This document shows positions 1 through 7,751 of a stretch of DNA of 64,000 bases, one piece after another. The notes below the pieces were generated by a model. It saw nothing but the letters and a program-made list of their open reading frames with translations. It was not told the origin of the DNA and did not search any database. Each line of letters opens with the position of its first letter. Position 1 is the stretch's first letter. The position numbers and the translations under genes are program-made. The stretch lies in the IMG/VR virus record IMGVR_UViG_3300043449_002450, positions 1-64,000 of that record. One strand, written 5' to 3'. Origin of the DNA: a virus.

Positions 1-155
1 TCGCCCGGTTCGTGGTCCCCGACCACTTCGTCCAGGAGTATTGCCGAGACTACGACTCGAACCTCTACAGCGGCGGTCGAGGCTTCGGGGTCAGCGGGGA
101 TCGGGCATTCTTCCGGCTGGCTGAGAAAGGGCTGGGTGTGGCACAGTTCAGCTGA
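1..155 (+). CDS. 3' end of hypothetical protein (truncated by window edge)
   Basis: Frame 3 is open from the edge to TGA at 153-155 with GC3-rich codons (ARFVVPDHFVQEYCRDYDSNLY...). Confidence 0.6.
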   Translation, partial: ARFVVPDHFVQEYCRDYDSNLYSGGRGFGVSGDRAFFRLAEKGLGVAQFS

Positions 156-177
156 TCCCGGGCGTCCCCGCTCTGAG

Positions 178-202
178 GTGGTATACTAACCAGGCAAAGG
201 AG
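178..202 (+). promoter_or_regulatory. Extended -10 promoter plus RBS cassette (GTGGTATACTAACCAGGCAAAGGAG)
   Basis: TGnTATACT followed by AAGGAG; near-identical copy at 398-422. Confidence 0.7.
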
Positions 203-207
203 GACAG

Positions 208-375
208 ATGAAGACCATCACCGAGATCTACGAGAAGGTTGACGAGGCCACCTACGGGGCAGCCGAGATGCTCCTGATCATGTCGCTGGGCAGCGCCGTG
301 GCCATCACCCTCTACGCCGTCCTCGCGACGGCGACCCTGGGCTACATCCAGCTCTTCGCCCTGCTCACCGCGTAG
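208..375 (+). CDS. Small membrane protein (55 aa)
   Basis: AAGGAGG RBS; MKTITEIYEK...LFALLTA with a long hydrophobic stretch; too short for the supplied ORF track. Confidence 0.75.
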   Translation: MKTITEIYEKVDEATYGAAEMLLIMSLGSAVAITLYAVLATATLGYIQLFALLTA

Positions 376-397
376 ACGCGTGCACCCGATCCTGGTC

Positions 398-422
398 GTG
401 GTATACTAACAAGGCAAAGGAG
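398..422 (+). promoter_or_regulatory. Extended -10 promoter plus RBS cassette (GTGGTATACTAACAAGGCAAAGGAG)
   Basis: 24/25 identical to 178-202; GTGCAC lies 16 bp upstream of TATACT. Confidence 0.7.
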
Positions 423-427
423 ACACA

Positions 428-703
428 ATGCGTTCCAGCTTCCTCGATGACCGCAACTTCCCCCTCGTCTTCATGGGCATCCTGCTCGGCATGCCACTCA
501 CCGCTGTCCTGCTCACCGCGTGCACGAAGCCTACACCCGAGGAGCAGGCCCAGGCGAACATGACCTACGGTGACCAGATCCTGGAGGAGATCATCATCGT
601 CAACCCGCGGCCCAATGTGGAGTGCTACGTCCTCCGTGGGCACGGTGAGGCGGCCCCGAGGACCCTGTCCTGCGTCGTCTCGCCCGTGACGATGTCTCAC
701 TGA
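428..703 (+). CDS. Putative lipoprotein
   Basis: RBS, hydrophobic N-terminal segment and lipobox-like LTAC. Confidence 0.7.
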   Translation: MRSSFLDDRNFPLVFMGILLGMPLTAVLLTACTKPTPEEQAQANMTYGDQILEEIIIVNPRPNVECYVLRGHGEAAPRTLSCVVSPVTMSH

Positions 704-705
704 CC

Positions 706-714
706 TGGTATGAT
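706..714 (+). promoter_or_regulatory. Extended -10 promoter (TGGTATGAT)
   Basis: Same motif class as 178 and 398, directly upstream of the RBS of the gene at 734. Confidence 0.55.
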
Positions 715-733
715 ATAGAAGCGAGGAACAAAG

Positions 734-1009
734 ATGACCCACAAGATCACCGCTCTCTGCGCTCTCCTGATCGGCCTCACCGGCTGCACCGACAACCAGC
801 GGACCAAGGCCTTCGGCGGCAGCATGTCGGTCCAGATCCCCTGTGACCAGCAGGTGTTCGACGTCACCTGGAAGGGTGAGGACCTGTGGTACGCCACCCA
901 GCCCGCACCCAGCGGCTGGACCCCGCAGACCAAGCGCTTCATCGAGTACTCGTCCTACGGGATGATCCAGGGCGAGGTTACCCTGACCGAGAGCCGGTGT
1001 GCCAGCTGA
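734..1009 (+). CDS. Phage lipoprotein
   Basis: Signal peptide plus LTGC lipobox; the C-T-x-N-Q-R-x-K-x-F-G-G and VTWKGEDLWY pattern resembles a family of small phage lipoproteins. Confidence 0.8.
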   Translation: MTHKITALCALLIGLTGCTDNQRTKAFGGSMSVQIPCDQQVFDVTWKGEDLWYATQPAPSGWTPQTKRFIEYSSYGMIQGEVTLTESRCAS

Positions 1010-1253
1010 GAGACGGGTCAGGTCGGGTGACCTCGTGACAGACCGCTTTGGTCACGGTGTCGTCCTGGTGCAGAATCTGCACAGCCCACGATCCCGCAAC
1101 ACATGTCTGAGAGAGGGAGAGGTAGCGCTGGTTACCTGGGTAGGGATCGTCAAGGAGGTCCTCGGAGTGAATCGGGATGTCTGTGACGTCCTGTTCAAGG
1201 GCGAGGTGTGGCAGGCGAACACGATCAGCCTGCGGGTGGTGAGCGATGGTTGA
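999..1253 (+). CDS. Hypothetical small beta-barrel-like protein
   Basis: Overlap-coupled ORF; N-terminal xGDLV and C-terminal LRVVS. Confidence 0.65.
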   Translation: MPAERRVRSGDLVTDRFGHGVVLVQNLHSPRSRNTCLREGEVALVTWVGIVKEVLGVNRDVCDVLFKGEVWQANTISLRVVSDG

Positions 1254-1482
1254 GGTGGGACAGCTTCGGGTGTGGAAGAAGAGAGACGACGGCGGGCAGT
1301 TCTACAACATACCAGACGGCAAGTTGTGCTTCGTCACCGAGCGCTTCGACAACGGCGTGGACGAACGCGGACGGCAGCGTCCCAGCACCTTCACAGTGCT
1401 ACAGACCAGACCCGACGGCGGCATGGAGAACGTCTGGTTCTACAATCAAGAGCTAGAAGAGCACACGGTGCTGGTGGAGTGA
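1246..1482 (+). CDS. Hypothetical protein (VEVGQLRVW family)
   Basis: Coupled ORF; paralogous N-terminus with the gene at 1488. Confidence 0.7.
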   Translation: MVEVGQLRVWKKRDDGGQFYNIPDGKLCFVTERFDNGVDERGRQRPSTFTVLQTRPDGGMENVWFYNQELEEHTVLVE

Positions 1483-1487
1483 GGGAG

Positions 1488-1700
1488 ATGGCGCTGGTTG
1501 AAGCTGGGCAGCTCCGTCGGTGGCGTTACGCGCACCTGGACATGGACGGTGAGTTCTTCATCGTGCTGGAGCGTTACTCGATCCCGCTGCCTGGTGCTGA
1601 TTGGACTGACAACGGCTGGTGGATCCTCACCGACGGACGGCAACAGTGGGTGGCCGAGGCTGACATCGAGGACGACAGCGACGTGCTGGAGGATAGGTAG
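1488..1700 (+). CDS. Hypothetical protein (VEAGQLRRW family)
   Basis: ATG at 1488 after GAGGGAG; paralogue of 1246..1482. Confidence 0.7.
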   Translation: MALVEAGQLRRWRYAHLDMDGEFFIVLERYSIPLPGADWTDNGWWILTDGRQQWVAEADIEDDSDVLEDR

Positions 1701-1715
1701 AGAAGCGAGGCTGCC

Positions 1716-2153
1716 ATGGTGATCACATTCGACTTCGACGACACGCTTCTCTGGACAGCCGTGGACAGGGACGAGGACGGCAGCTACGTGGAGCACAACC
1801 CGATCGGCCAGAATCCCTACGTCTTCCCGCGTCTGCTGGAGGTGCTGGACAGCGGCGCCGAGGTGCGCGTCGTCACGTCTCGGCGCAGCAGGACACGTCC
1901 CGAGGTGCTGGCGTGGCTGGAGGAGTGGGGTGTCCTCGACCGTCTGGCTGGCGTGCACTTCACCGAGGGGGAGCTGAAGCATGACACGCTGGAGCGTCTG
2001 GGATCAAGGCAGCACTTCGACGACGACCCTGAGGAGCTGGCGCACCTGCCGGAGGGGTGCCGTGGTGTCCGCGCGCCGCTGCATCCCAGCTGGTCAGGTC
2101 AGCTGGGTGAGTCTGCCGTGCGCAGCTGGGTGAGGTCGCTTCTGCCTGCCTGA
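1716..2153 (+). CDS. HAD-superfamily phosphatase-like protein
   Basis: Motif I DFDDTL, motif II VVTSR, Lys of motif III and motif IV HFDDD. Confidence 0.75.
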   Translation: MVITFDFDDTLLWTAVDRDEDGSYVEHNPIGQNPYVFPRLLEVLDSGAEVRVVTSRRSRTRPEVLAWLEEWGVLDRLAGVHFTEGELKHDTLERLGSRQHFDDDPEELAHLPEGCRGVRAPLHPSWSGQLGESAVRSWVRSLLPA

Positions 2154-2157
2154 GCGC

Positions 2158-2204
2158 GTGCAGCTGCTGCACCCACGTGGTAAGATAAGCGCAGGAACAA
2201 GGAG
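2158..2204 (+). promoter_or_regulatory. Promoter plus RBS cassette (GTGCAG-N17-TAAGAT ... AAGGAG)
   Basis: TGGTAAGAT extended -10; same architecture as 380-422. Confidence 0.55.
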
Positions 2205-2209
2205 ACAAC

Positions 2210-2527
2210 ATGGCCTACGAGCTCACCTTCACCGTCCACCCGACCGGCGCGTCCCGGTGTGACATCTGTAACAGCCGCGTCGGCTACGGCTTCGAGACGA
2301 CCGCCCACGGCACCCCCATCTTCTTCCACTGCGGCACCTGCGTCTACACGACCTACAGCGAGGTCGAGGTGGACAGCGCGCTTCTGGCTCGGGAGCGGCT
2401 GCTCGCCCAGATCGAGCAGGAGCGTCGTGACGAGCTCGTCGAGGAGGAGGCGTATCGGGACGCCGTGATGTGCGCGTGGATCGACTTCGAGACGGTGTAC
2501 GGCGAAGACAAGCTGGGTGCGGCATGA
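2210..2527 (+). CDS. Small zinc-ribbon protein
   Basis: CDIC ... CGTC motifs; strong RBS. Confidence 0.7.
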   Translation: MAYELTFTVHPTGASRCDICNSRVGYGFETTAHGTPIFFHCGTCVYTTYSEVEVDSALLARERLLAQIEQERRDELVEEEAYRDAVMCAWIDFETVYGEDKLGAA

Positions 2528-2646
2528 AGCCGCTCATCCCGCTCGACGTCATCATGCGAGCCGTGATCGTCCCTCTCATCCCGTCCCTGATCCAGCAGCA
2601 TGACTGGGACGAGGATCGCCCCACCGTCGTCGTTCCTCGCTCCTAG
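2524..2646 (+). CDS. Small hypothetical protein (40 aa)
   Basis: ATGA overlap with the previous stop; MKPLIPLDVIMRAVIVPLIPS...; GC3-rich codons. Confidence 0.5.
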   Translation: MKPLIPLDVIMRAVIVPLIPSLIQQHDWDEDRPTVVVPRS

Positions 2647-2808
2647 TCTCGCTCCTAGGCGCAGCGTCGGGTGGCTGCTGGGATGCACCCCGTGCTGGCG
2701 GTTGCATCGTAAGACGGCGGGTGGTGGTGTAACGTGGCCCGAATAATCGAGTGACTGCGCGTGGTCTGGTTGCATCGGGTGAGATACGTAGATTCTAGGA
2801 GACAGACG

Positions 2809-3174
2809 ATGCGGGTCACAGGCAGACAGATCAGGCAGATCATCAGAGAGGAGCTGGGTCGCTCGCTTCGCGAGGGCTTCTGGGGGGACGACCCGCCTGA
2901 GGAGGGAAGCGGCTACCAGCATCTGTCGGCCGAGTCGCCGATCCTCGATCTCACAGACGGACCGGTGAGGATGCAGTGGGTCAACGAGATGCTCGAGCAC
3001 CTCAGAAGCTTCCCACCCTACATGCTTCCCATGCTGACCCAGGACTTCGAGAAGATGCTGGCGGGACGCCCTGTCGGCGTAGACGTCGCCAACATGTATC
3101 GCAGCAAGGGCGGCACCGTCTTCCTCTCCCGACGCTCGGTGGAAGCGCTTCTCAGCGCGCTGCAGGGAGGCTGA
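2809..3174 (+). CDS. Putative virion internal protein with N-terminal tag
   Basis: Starts MRVTGRQIRQIIREELGRSLREG; AGGAG RBS; ATACGTAG motif upstream. Confidence 0.75.
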   Translation: MRVTGRQIRQIIREELGRSLREGFWGDDPPEEGSGYQHLSAESPILDLTDGPVRMQWVNEMLEHLRSFPPYMLPMLTQDFEKMLAGRPVGVDVANMYRSKGGTVFLSRRSVEALLSALQGG

Positions 3175-3176
3175 TC

Positions 3177-3467
3177 GTGACACGACAGACGCTAAGGTCC
3201 CTCATCCACCGCATCATACGTGAGAGCTGGGACGTCCCGCCGTCTGGGATGGGCGCGAGGGTGAGACGCCTGGGACGGACCGGCGCGCTGGGTGAGAAGA
3301 TGGTGTCCCTGAACGTCACCCTTCGCGGTCTCTACATCGACGCCCTGGACGCTCACGAGAGCGGGGACAGAGAGACGTACGAGCAGATCATGGGACACAT
3401 CGGCGAGGTCGAGTGGCAGCTAGCAGACCTCCAGATGCAGCACGACGCGGTGCACGACGATACGTAG
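3177..3467 (+). CDS. Putative virion internal protein with N-terminal tag
   Basis: GTG start after GGAGG; (M)TRQTLRSLIHRIIRES. Confidence 0.7.
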   Translation: MTRQTLRSLIHRIIRESWDVPPSGMGARVRRLGRTGALGEKMVSLNVTLRGLYIDALDAHESGDRETYEQIMGHIGEVEWQLADLQMQHDAVHDDT

Positions 3468-3485
3468 ACGCTAGGAGTCTACGCA

Positions 3486-4925
3486 ATGAAGATCACCAAG
3501 AGAGAGCTTCGTCGCCTGCTGGGCGAGGCGGTGTTAGAGAAGGGATGGGAGTCGTGGGACGACTGGCAGAATCCCGGTGCCTACGCGCCCGGGACGAAGC
3601 CTGTCACCCGCGCCGCTGCCGAGGAGGAGGTCGAGTTCGCTCCCAGCGGTCGTGTTGTGGATCCCAGCCGTGAGGAGATGTGGGGCTTCGACGAGGAGCC
3701 CGACTACGATGAGATGTACGTGGGTCCCGTCCCGACGTCAGCGCTCGTCAAGCGCGTCGTGCCGAACGAGTACGACCTCGAGTTCGCCGAGGAGTTCGGC
3801 GGCGGCGAGGAAGACTATGAGGAATACGATGAAGAGACTCTCTACGAGGCGAAGGACGCAGCCAAGAAGACGCGTCCAGACGGCTACACGGATCTTCCCG
3901 CCTTCATGACGATCGGCAAGCAGTCGCCCACGAAGTATAGCGGCTACGGCGCGCAGCTGGGACACGGCGTCATAGACGATCCCGCAGTCGTGGATCCGCT
4001 GGGTGACGACATCGACGCGGGCGCGCTGCGTCAGGTGAATCGTCTCATGCAGCGCGGCGAGGACAAGAAGAAGGACAAGAAGAAGCTCAAGGAGAGTGTG
4101 ATGAGCGTGACACGGAACGACATACGGCGCCTGGTGAACGAGGCGCTAGACGAGATGAGCATGATGGGTGTCCCGGGTGGGATGCGTCGGCAGCGACCCG
4201 GCATGTGCCTCTACGTCACCTACGGCGGCGGCGTCTTCTACTTCGTCGCGCCCTGTCCCCGTCCGGGAGCCAGTGAGGAGGAAGCTGCAGAAGCTGAGGA
4301 TGCTGCGGTAGAGATGGGAAGAGAAGTCACCTCTGAGCTCGACCCAGAGGGTCGGGGCATGGCCAACGCGTTTGATCTCTACTCGTGGCTGCAGGACCAC
4401 GACGAGATCACCCACGTCCACGACTTCGAGTCTGTGGGCGGCACAGTGCCGAAGAAGACGTACATGATCCAGGTTCGAGAAGTCGGCCAGGAGGAGGGTC
4501 TCTTCCCGCCCGATGACGTGGTCAACGAGGGAGCGTTCCCCGAGGAGCTGGAGGGCGTCTACGGTGCAGCGCCACCCGAGGACTACGAGGAAGACATGGG
4601 ATACGGGGACGAGGACGAATACAGCTACGGTGACGATCCCGATGAGTTCCTCGACCTCTCAGGCGGCGAGATCATGCGACGCATGTATGATCGCGGTGAC
4701 TTCGATCAGCCATACGAAGACGACATCCCCCCAGGCGCGGCAGACGTCGCCCTTCGGATGGGACGCGGCTACAGGACAGACGAGGGTGACTTCGACCCAG
4801 ATGTCGGCTACATCGACGACCCGAAGTCTGCCCGCCACGGTAAGCCCATGAAGCGTCGGAGCGCAGATGACGAGCCCCTCAACGAGGCACGCTGGGCGAA
4901 GCTGGCCGGCATCCTGAAGGGCTGA
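3486..4925 (+). CDS. Acidic putative virion internal/core protein with two tags and C-terminal RWAKLAGILKG
   Basis: MKITKRELRRLLGEA at the start and MSVTRNDIRRLVNEA internally; highly D/E-rich. Confidence 0.8.
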   Translation: MKITKRELRRLLGEAVLEKGWESWDDWQNPGAYAPGTKPVTRAAAEEEVEFAPSGRVVDPSREEMWGFDEEPDYDEMYVGPVPTSALVKRVVPNEYDLEFAEEFGGGEEDYEEYDEETLYEAKDAAKKTRPDGYTDLPAFMTIGKQSPTKYSGYGAQLGHGVIDDPAVVDPLGDDIDAGALRQVNRLMQRGEDKKKDKKKLKESVMSVTRNDIRRLVNEALDEMSMMGVPGGMRRQRPGMCLYVTYGGGVFYFVAPCPRPGASEEEAAEAEDAAVEMGREVTSELDPEGRGMANAFDLYSWLQDHDEITHVHDFESVGGTVPKKTYMIQVREVGQEEGLFPPDDVVNEGAFPEELEGVYGAAPPEDYEEDMGYGDEDEYSYGDDPDEFLDLSGGEIMRRMYDRGDFDQPYEDDIPPGAADVALRMGRGYRTDEGDFDPDVGYIDDPKSARHGKPMKRRSADDEPLNEARWAKLAGILKG

Positions 4926-4957
4926 CGGCCGCGCCCGCTGCAGGGCTATGCAGACAA

Positions 4958-4989
4958 GGGGCCACCAGGCAGGGATGCTGGGTGGCCCC
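4958..4989 (+). terminator. GC-rich hairpin after 3486..4925 (possible terminator)
   Basis: GGGGCCACC ... GGTGGCCCC 9-bp stem; no U-tract. Confidence 0.4.
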
Positions 4990-5025
4990 GAGCCCTATCT
5001 GCGGCTTGCTGCCTGGGGAGCAGGG

Positions 5026-5160
5026 TAGGGGCGCCCCTAGCCCCCTATATGGTAGGGCGCCCGGGGCGCCCGCTCCGGGGGCACGCCCCGGGGCCTACAA
5101 GCCCACCGGCGCCCCCTGGAGGCCTGGAGGGGGCCTAGGTCTCCGCGCACTTCCCGGGAA
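5026..5160. repeat. Cluster of GC-rich palindromes
   Basis: Perfect 14-mer TAGGGGCGCCCCTA at 5026-5039; GGCGCC four times; CCCCGGGG; TTCCCGGGAA at 5151-5160. Confidence 0.7.
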
Positions 5161-5273
5161 CTTTCGATCACTTTACCTACCTCCCCGCATTCACTGCAGC
5201 GACCCCGTCCCTCCCGATGACCCCGAAGTGCTCCCCATCACCCGAGAGCTGTGGACATCCTTTTCCCGAGAGC

Positions 5274-5350
5274 AAAATCTGCACCGAGAGATCTCCGTAA
5301 TGACCCATTTTCCCAAAAAACTTCCCGGGAATTTTTGACGACTTTTAACC
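5274..5350 (+). repeat. Intergenic repeat copy A (AAAATCTGCACC ... AAAAACTTCCCGGGAATTTTTGACGACTTTTAACC)
   Basis: Aligns with 7752-7829 with the same spacing between the two boxes. Confidence 0.75.
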
Positions 5351-5388
5351 TTTCTGTTACAGCATATTTAGTGTCTAGAGGCGTTGAC

Positions 5389-5907
5389 ATGAAGATCACA
5401 CAACATCATCTTCGACAGTTGATTCGAGAGATGCTGGACACCTCTGTCTCCGATGAGCTAGCTACTCTCGTGCAGGGCGACCAGCAGCTTAGGAAAGAGT
5501 GGGAGAATGCTGTCAATGCGGAGGGCGGCTTCAAAGTGCTGCGGCACGGGACACCGAGGTGGGATGCAGTCCGATCGGAGTTCATGCGTGCACACGGCAC
5601 AACAGATGACGACATGTTCGGCGACAAGTCCCGTGCCGCGCAGATCCTCTCCCTTCCTGATCGCCTGGACTGGGACGGCATGACCGAGGATGACTGGCAC
5701 AACATCGCCCTGCTCACACAGCATATGGACGGAGCACCCGCCTTCCAGAAGCGGATGCTCACCATCTTCCGGAAGTGGCGCGGTGAAGACAGCAGCCAGT
5801 ATCAATATCTCCACGACCGGATCTCTTGCCGAGAGACGGGGACGCAGCTGTTCGGGACCCAAGACGCGGGCACGAATTACTCCAAGTGCAAGTGGGTTCG
5901 AGATTAG
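5389..5907 (+). CDS. Tagged protein with DUF6624-like C-terminal domain
   Basis: MKITQHHLRQLIREML tag; LLTQHMD..PAFQ and YLHDRI...QLFGTQ resemble DUF6624 motifs. Confidence 0.7.
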   Translation: MKITQHHLRQLIREMLDTSVSDELATLVQGDQQLRKEWENAVNAEGGFKVLRHGTPRWDAVRSEFMRAHGTTDDDMFGDKSRAAQILSLPDRLDWDGMTEDDWHNIALLTQHMDGAPAFQKRMLTIFRKWRGEDSSQYQYLHDRISCRETGTQLFGTQDAGTNYSKCKWVRD

Positions 5908-5909
5908 GC

Positions 5910-5947
5910 AAAAACTTCCCGGGAAAAATTTGTGACTTTTGACTTTT
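5910..5947 (+). repeat. Intergenic repeat copy B (AAAAACTTCCCGGGAAAAATTTGTGACTTTTGACTTTT)
   Basis: Second box of the repeat, directly after the stop codon at 5907. Confidence 0.75.
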
Positions 5948-5985
5948 ATGGGCGAAATAAAATAAATAATTTCGAGAGAGTTTTC

Positions 5986-6801
5986 ATGTCCAATCATTAC
6001 CTTGTAGCTTGCGCCGTTTTTAAGAATGAGACATGGGGCCTGCGCGAGTGGATCGAGCATCACATGCACCACGGAGTTGATCACATCTATCTTGTCAATG
6101 ATGACAGCGATGATGATTACATGTCGATATTGAGTCCCTATATCGATCGGGGTCATGTTACTCTCATTCAGAATGAGATCAAGGAGAGATATACAGGCAG
6201 GCAAGTTGACATCAATAACAGATATTTCTTGCCTCTGGCACGGACGGCAAAGTGGATCACCAATATCGACATCGATGAGTATCTTTATAGCCCTAAAGAG
6301 CAAGACATCAAGCGAATTCTTAAAAATTACGAGGATTACGCAGTCTTGAATGTGAATTGGACGTGGATGACGTCAAATGGTCATGTTAGACAGCCTTCTG
6401 GAATTGTTAGATCATTCACTAAGCGGTCTGATTATAAGACGCTGGTCAATTTTAATGTCGCGGGTCGGAGTCGTGAGACTGTGTGGTTGGGTGGATACAA
6501 GTGCGTAGCGAACACAAGTTTTGACATTAGATCTTTCAATATTCACAATGTGGCGACGACATCGGGTGATCAAAAAAACGCGTCTGTTGAATCGAACCCA
6601 GCTGATCCCGATCTTCTGGTCAATCATTATCAGCTTCAATCCCGTGAGTATTGGGAGAAAGTGAAGATGCGTCGCGGTGATGTGAATTTCTGGTTCAAGG
6701 GTGATGATCGAACATTTGAGGAATTTGACACGATGGATTTGGGTGATATCGATGATTTTAGGCTAAGAGATCAAAATACTTTTTTTGAAGCAATGCTTTG
6801 A
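5986..6801 (+). CDS. Glycosyltransferase (GT92/GT2-like, GT-A fold)
   Basis: ACAVFKNE..LREWIEHH..GVDHIYL, DIDEY (DxD) and NHYQLQSRE motifs. Confidence 0.8.
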   Translation: MSNHYLVACAVFKNETWGLREWIEHHMHHGVDHIYLVNDDSDDDYMSILSPYIDRGHVTLIQNEIKERYTGRQVDINNRYFLPLARTAKWITNIDIDEYLYSPKEQDIKRILKNYEDYAVLNVNWTWMTSNGHVRQPSGIVRSFTKRSDYKTLVNFNVAGRSRETVWLGGYKCVANTSFDIRSFNIHNVATTSGDQKNASVESNPADPDLLVNHYQLQSREYWEKVKMRRGDVNFWFKGDDRTFEEFDTMDLGDIDDFRLRDQNTFFEAML

Positions 6802-6845
6802 TTTTAGCCTTCACTGGGCAGGCCAATGACCTGTGGAGTTCCGTG

Positions 6846-6870
6846 TCTGCGCCGTAAAATTTTTCTCTAG
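6846..6870 (+). repeat. Partial intergenic repeat copy (TCTGCGCCGTAAAATTTTTCTCTAG)
   Basis: Matches 7756-7780 (TCTGCACCCCAAAATTTTTCTCTCG). Confidence 0.55.
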
Positions 6871-6928
6871 TTGGGCACGTGCGTCACATGATCGGCTGTG
6901 GTATATTTAGTTGCATGGAGAGACGAGA

Positions 6929-7744
6929 ATGAGTGTGACCAGGAGCCGTATTAGGGAGATCATCAAGGAGGAAGTTGCACGGGGCCTCCAGGAGGCGATG
7001 TCTCCTGAGGAGAAGTTGATGCGTCGGCGGGAGCAGGCTCGGGCATCTCGAGCCCGTGCCGAGGATCAGCGCAGGGAGGCTGAATATGCTCGTCGTTCGC
7101 GTCATGACGTCGAGCAGCTCGGATACATCTCCAAGGGTCCTAGCCTACAACCAGGCGGGCCTCTCCCTGGCTTGATGTCCTATGATCCCACGATGTTTAG
7201 CAAGGCATATATCGATCGCCGTTTCGCTGCAGAAATGGGCATCTCCACGCCTGAGGATGTGATTGCTGCTGTTGAAGGGGGTCGGGCAAAGGTGTGGTCC
7301 GCAGGAATGATTGGGGGCGCGCAGCCTCCCTCCATGACGGTTGTGCCTGCTGATGCAAGGGCTGGCTACAATGAGACCACAGGTGCCAAGGGCTATCCCT
7401 ATGTTTACACGCGAAATGCGAAAGATGAGGCAGGTCGTCACACGCATGATCTGGAAGTGGTGATCCAGCGTGGAATTGGCTATGGTGGTTACGGTCCTAC
7501 CACCTTTAGCAATGATTCCCGTATGGGTCTGACAGCTTCGCGCCTCGCGGGTCGTATTAGCGAGGTTGTTCCTATTGACCTCTTGGGCGGTGGCAAGGGC
7601 GAGGTTGTTGATGTTGTGTCCGGAGAGAGTGGTGAGCCTATGATGGGTGCAGAGATGCCAATGGGTGATATGAATGGCGACGAGCCACTCACCGAGAGCA
7701 CCACACTTACGCGATGGAATTTGCTCGCAGGTATCAAGCGGTAG
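6929..7744 (+). CDS. Putative virion internal protein with N- and C-terminal tags
   Basis: MSVTRSRIREIIKEEVARGLQEA ... EPLTESTTLTRWNLLAGIKR. Confidence 0.8.
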   Translation: MSVTRSRIREIIKEEVARGLQEAMSPEEKLMRRREQARASRARAEDQRREAEYARRSRHDVEQLGYISKGPSLQPGGPLPGLMSYDPTMFSKAYIDRRFAAEMGISTPEDVIAAVEGGRAKVWSAGMIGGAQPPSMTVVPADARAGYNETTGAKGYPYVYTRNAKDEAGRHTHDLEVVIQRGIGYGGYGPTTFSNDSRMGLTASRLAGRISEVVPIDLLGGGKGEVVDVVSGESGEPMMGAEMPMGDMNGDEPLTESTTLTRWNLLAGIKR

Positions 7745-7751
7745 AAGCTTA

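Noticed and set aside
2647-2783. Possible structured ncRNA (GGTTGCATCG twice, CTCGCTCCTAG twice, GATGCA/TGCATC stem)
   Set aside because: The repeats are short and match no RNA family I recognise. An Infernal or covariation analysis would be needed.
365-4851. Many overlapping alternative-frame and antisense ORFs in the GC-rich arm (e.g. 1446..1982-, 2353..3183-, 3577..3909+)
   Set aside because: These are shadow ORFs expected in high-GC DNA. They overlap better-supported genes that have RBSs.
4982-5338. 118-aa Pro/Gly-rich ORF
   Set aside because: It is a low-complexity translation of the palindromic GC island and has no clear RBS.
5880-5910. tRNA-like GGTTCGAG
   Set aside because: It lies inside a coding end and no cloverleaf can be formed.
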